A DNA stretch of 64,000 bases from Vairimorpha necatrix (Eukaryota). Each line of letters opens with the position of its first letter. The stretch's first letter is position 1. The position numbers and the translations under genes are program-made. The notes under the pieces were generated by a model. That model saw only the letters and a program-made list of their open reading frames with translations. It did no database searches and had not been told where the DNA came from. The DNA is taken from positions 62,001 through 126,000 of the forward strand of contig CP142733.1 in the NCBI GenBank assembly GCA_036630325.1. The letters are read 5' to 3'. Positions 61,401-64,000 of this stretch are shown here, one piece after another.

Positions 61401-62040
61401 TAGCATCAAGTTTCAACAGATCAACCTTCAAGTAAGAAATCTTCCTCGTTCTTTCTACCTGGTCCATAACATGTGTTCTGGATACAACTAAGTTTCTTAA
61501 AGAACAATTTTTGTGCTTTTAGGAAAAGCTCGGTTTCAAAGAGGCTATTCCCTTCTTTCGAGCCAGTTTCGGCTTTTCTTCTTTTGGTAGGATTCTTAAG
61601 AATTCCGGGGCTGTCTTTTGTCTACCACTATTACTAGTATGCGCTTTCTTTGCCTTGCCCTTGAATTCTAGTGAACTCATGTTAGGCCCAAGTTTTTCAC
61701 AGAAGAACTCGGAAGCTTTATCCTACCATCCTCTTGGCATTCTACCAAATCTATTTATGATTGAAAGAAATACTCTTTGAGGCCACTCTTCTTCACTCGC
61801 CTCGGTACTTTCAAGTACTGCTGCAAGAGTCTCAGAAGTGGATTGAGTGGTCATACTAGTGTGTTCTGCCCCCTGTTCTTTCTCTTCTGTGTCTACTTTG
61901 TCCATATTTGCTTCAGAGGTTTGTTTTGTAATTTTTTCAGTTTTTTTCCTGCTCTGTCCTTACCCTCATTTTTGATAAAAGAAGATAGAAGTATTTATAA
62001 TTATTGACAAACATCTGACATTAATTCCGAAGATGGGAGG
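58422..62040 (-). mobile_element. Degenerate near-full-length non-LTR retrotransposon, RT plus restriction-like endonuclease (R4/NeSL-type architecture)
   Basis: Frameshifted pieces: WKAAGCDGI, FRPIT, WIDVKKAYDSV.H, GILQGDS.SPLLF, FIDDLKL, CxxC..DH...C knuckle, KPDI, VEVG, EKLRKY. 5' boundary approximate. Confidence 0.92.
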
Positions 62041-62429
62041 AAATTTTGAAAAAAGAAATTAAGATTGATATAAGTAAAATACAAAAACAAAAAACTGTAA
62101 CGAATATATGCAAATGCTAGAAAAGGGAGGGAAGTATCAAGAAGTCTTCTGTTGTGAAGAAGAGAGTATAAAGGGCTATTTACTTAAAAAATCTGCAATT
62201 AAAACAGAAAAGGGTGGAATTGTGCAATAAAGATCACAATGTTACTCCCCCGTCAAAGGAAGACGCAGAAAAACGTATTTAAGGTTAGAAAATATGAATA
62301 TCCTAGACGTTTTAAGTCTTAATGGCGAATTTTTATTTTTGTAAGTAAGAAAATAAAGTCGTTCTATTTGACTTATATGTAATTCAATTACATGAAATGA
62401 CATTATTAAAAGATAGAAAGTAAACCAGC

Positions 62430-63193
62430 CCGAGTCCTAAAGCGATGCTCATTAAGCATTGGTTGCGTTTAAATTCTTGAGGCACAAAAAATTGTTTCTA
62501 CTTTCTATGATGTATTTGGAACAACTCAGATTATGCAATGTCATTGATATACATTAAATTAATATTTAAAACTTGTGTGCGTCCCCCATTAAGGGATTAT
62601 CTTCTAGTGTAGAAACGCACTCAAGGCCGAAAAAAACATTACCCCCTGTTGTCACTTAATTATGCACAAAAGTTTCTGATGAGTGCGGCATAATCATAGC
62701 CATTGATGATGCACTCTAGAATATAATTTTAGAACAAACTAAGAGATTAGACAAAGTAGTGTTCTTAGAGATAATGTGTACCCCTTCCTACAAGATGTTG
62801 TAACGTGGTGGTCCTAACTAGTGTAGCTGGTGTTCAACGCGCTCCAATAAAAAATACCATGATGTCTATGTGACTGTGTAAGAAATCTAAGTCCGATACA
62901 GATAATTTGGAGACCTTTGAGTTGGTATTATTAAATCTCTCGTCGGGGTATAGAAAACCATGCCCGTTAAGTATATCTGCAGTGAGGTCACTACGGACGC
63001 AATTTGAGGTTCGTATGAAAAGTGTTCTCCTGGATCCAAGTCCAATATGTTGGCGGAGCTTGCTGCTTTGACAAGTTATATGGATATAGTTTTAGTAGTA
63101 AGAATATTAAAGTACCAGTTGTATAAGGATCACACCAAAATTCTCTGGGTTATATGATTGGTTTCGCCTTACCAATTCTTGCAAAAAAAAAAA
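62430..63193 (+). ncRNA. Unknown large structured RNA / SINE-like element, copy 2
   Basis: Colinear homology to 3029-3800; no ORF; terminal hairpin ATTGGT/ACCAAT then A11. 5' boundary approximate. Confidence 0.55.
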
Positions 63194-64000
63194 TTACAAC
63201 ACTTTGGATATCTTTTTGCGTTACGTCTTGAACTTTTGCTTAAATAATGGAAACCTTTTTTTACCGTCCTGCATGCCCATTTGAGACTTGCATCAATTTT
63301 GGAGAGCTGCTCGTTTTTAATAAAAAAATCTTAATGACTATACAATCCTTTTGTAAATTTCAATTAATTCTCTGTAGTATAAGAACAAATGCCTCAAATA
63401 GGATATTTATTTCTATGGACCTAAAAGCAATCTTCTCTTGTTTTTTTACTAACGTTGTTGAAAGTATACTATGAAAAAAGAGCAATAACTCTTGTCTTTC
63501 GTCGTTACATGTTATTGAATAATTCCTTAAAGGAAAAAATTTTTATCATAAAAAGTACAAATAAACATCGACGACATTTTTTTACCTTTTTTCAAAAAGC
63601 TTTTCTTTGAAATCGCTTCGAACGATTTTTTTTATTTTTTTACCCTTCTTAAGTATAGATTTTAGGAGCTGAGATCCGAAAGACCCCCTACCCTCTGAGG
63701 GAGTTCACTTTATTTTTTCGAACCCAAAAAACGAAGTGCAAAATAAAAAGGAGCAGGAAGGGGACAAAAATTTCTAAGCACTTATGACATCTAAAATAAC
63801 AAATAAATATATGCTTAGATACGAAATAAATTTTGGATTTAATTAAAATCATTTAAAGTATTGTATCTTTTTGCCCTTCTTATTTTTTCAATTTTTTTTA
63901 TTTTTGGTTTATTATAAAAAGAGATTTTCTTCAAATATCTAATTTTATAATAAACCAAAAATTAAAAATATAAATAACATTTATATAAGGAAAATTAAAT

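Noticed and set aside
62205-62280. Possible HDV-like ribozyme at the retrotransposon 5' end (minus strand GTC-TTCCTTT-GAC)
   Set aside because: Could not build the P1/P2 pairings or J4/2.
62675-62722. CTGATGAG suggesting a hammerhead ribozyme
   Set aside because: No GAAA after the stem, and the motif is not conserved in copy 1; it reads as part of a GAGTGC/GCACTC hairpin.

Overview
Very AT-rich eukaryotic DNA that looks microsporidian. Most start codons have a CCC motif just upstream, the housekeeping proteins are compact and divergent, RPS17 has a 32-nt GTAAGT...TAATTT...AG intron right after its ATG, and there is a class II photolyase. Two gene-dense core blocks are present. Block 1 (~14.2-33.6 kb): CTL/PNS1, MFS transporter, STU2, RPN12-like, RPS17, RPL7A, ubiquitin, PAP1, tRNA-Ala, H2A, forkhead TF, HIR1. 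Block 2 (~42.4-49.2 kb): ssSPT-like peptide, RFC subunit, JAC1, MAK21-like, DEAD-box helicase, SDA1, tRNA-His. The gene-sparse flanks hold signal-peptide orphan genes, a Merlin DNA transposon with TIRs and an 8-bp TSD, and a degenerate RLE-type non-LTR retrotransposon plus fragments. Main observations: (1) two diverged copies, ~59 kb apart, of a ~770-nt non-coding, A-tailed element whose differences preserve base-paired stems, which I cannot assign to any known RNA family; (2) a tandem photolyase pair in which one intact copy has substitutions in the cofactor/substrate-pocket motifs; (3) two paralogous secreted proteins sharing a PLDL(S/P) CtBP-type motif. All alignments and folds were done by eye.
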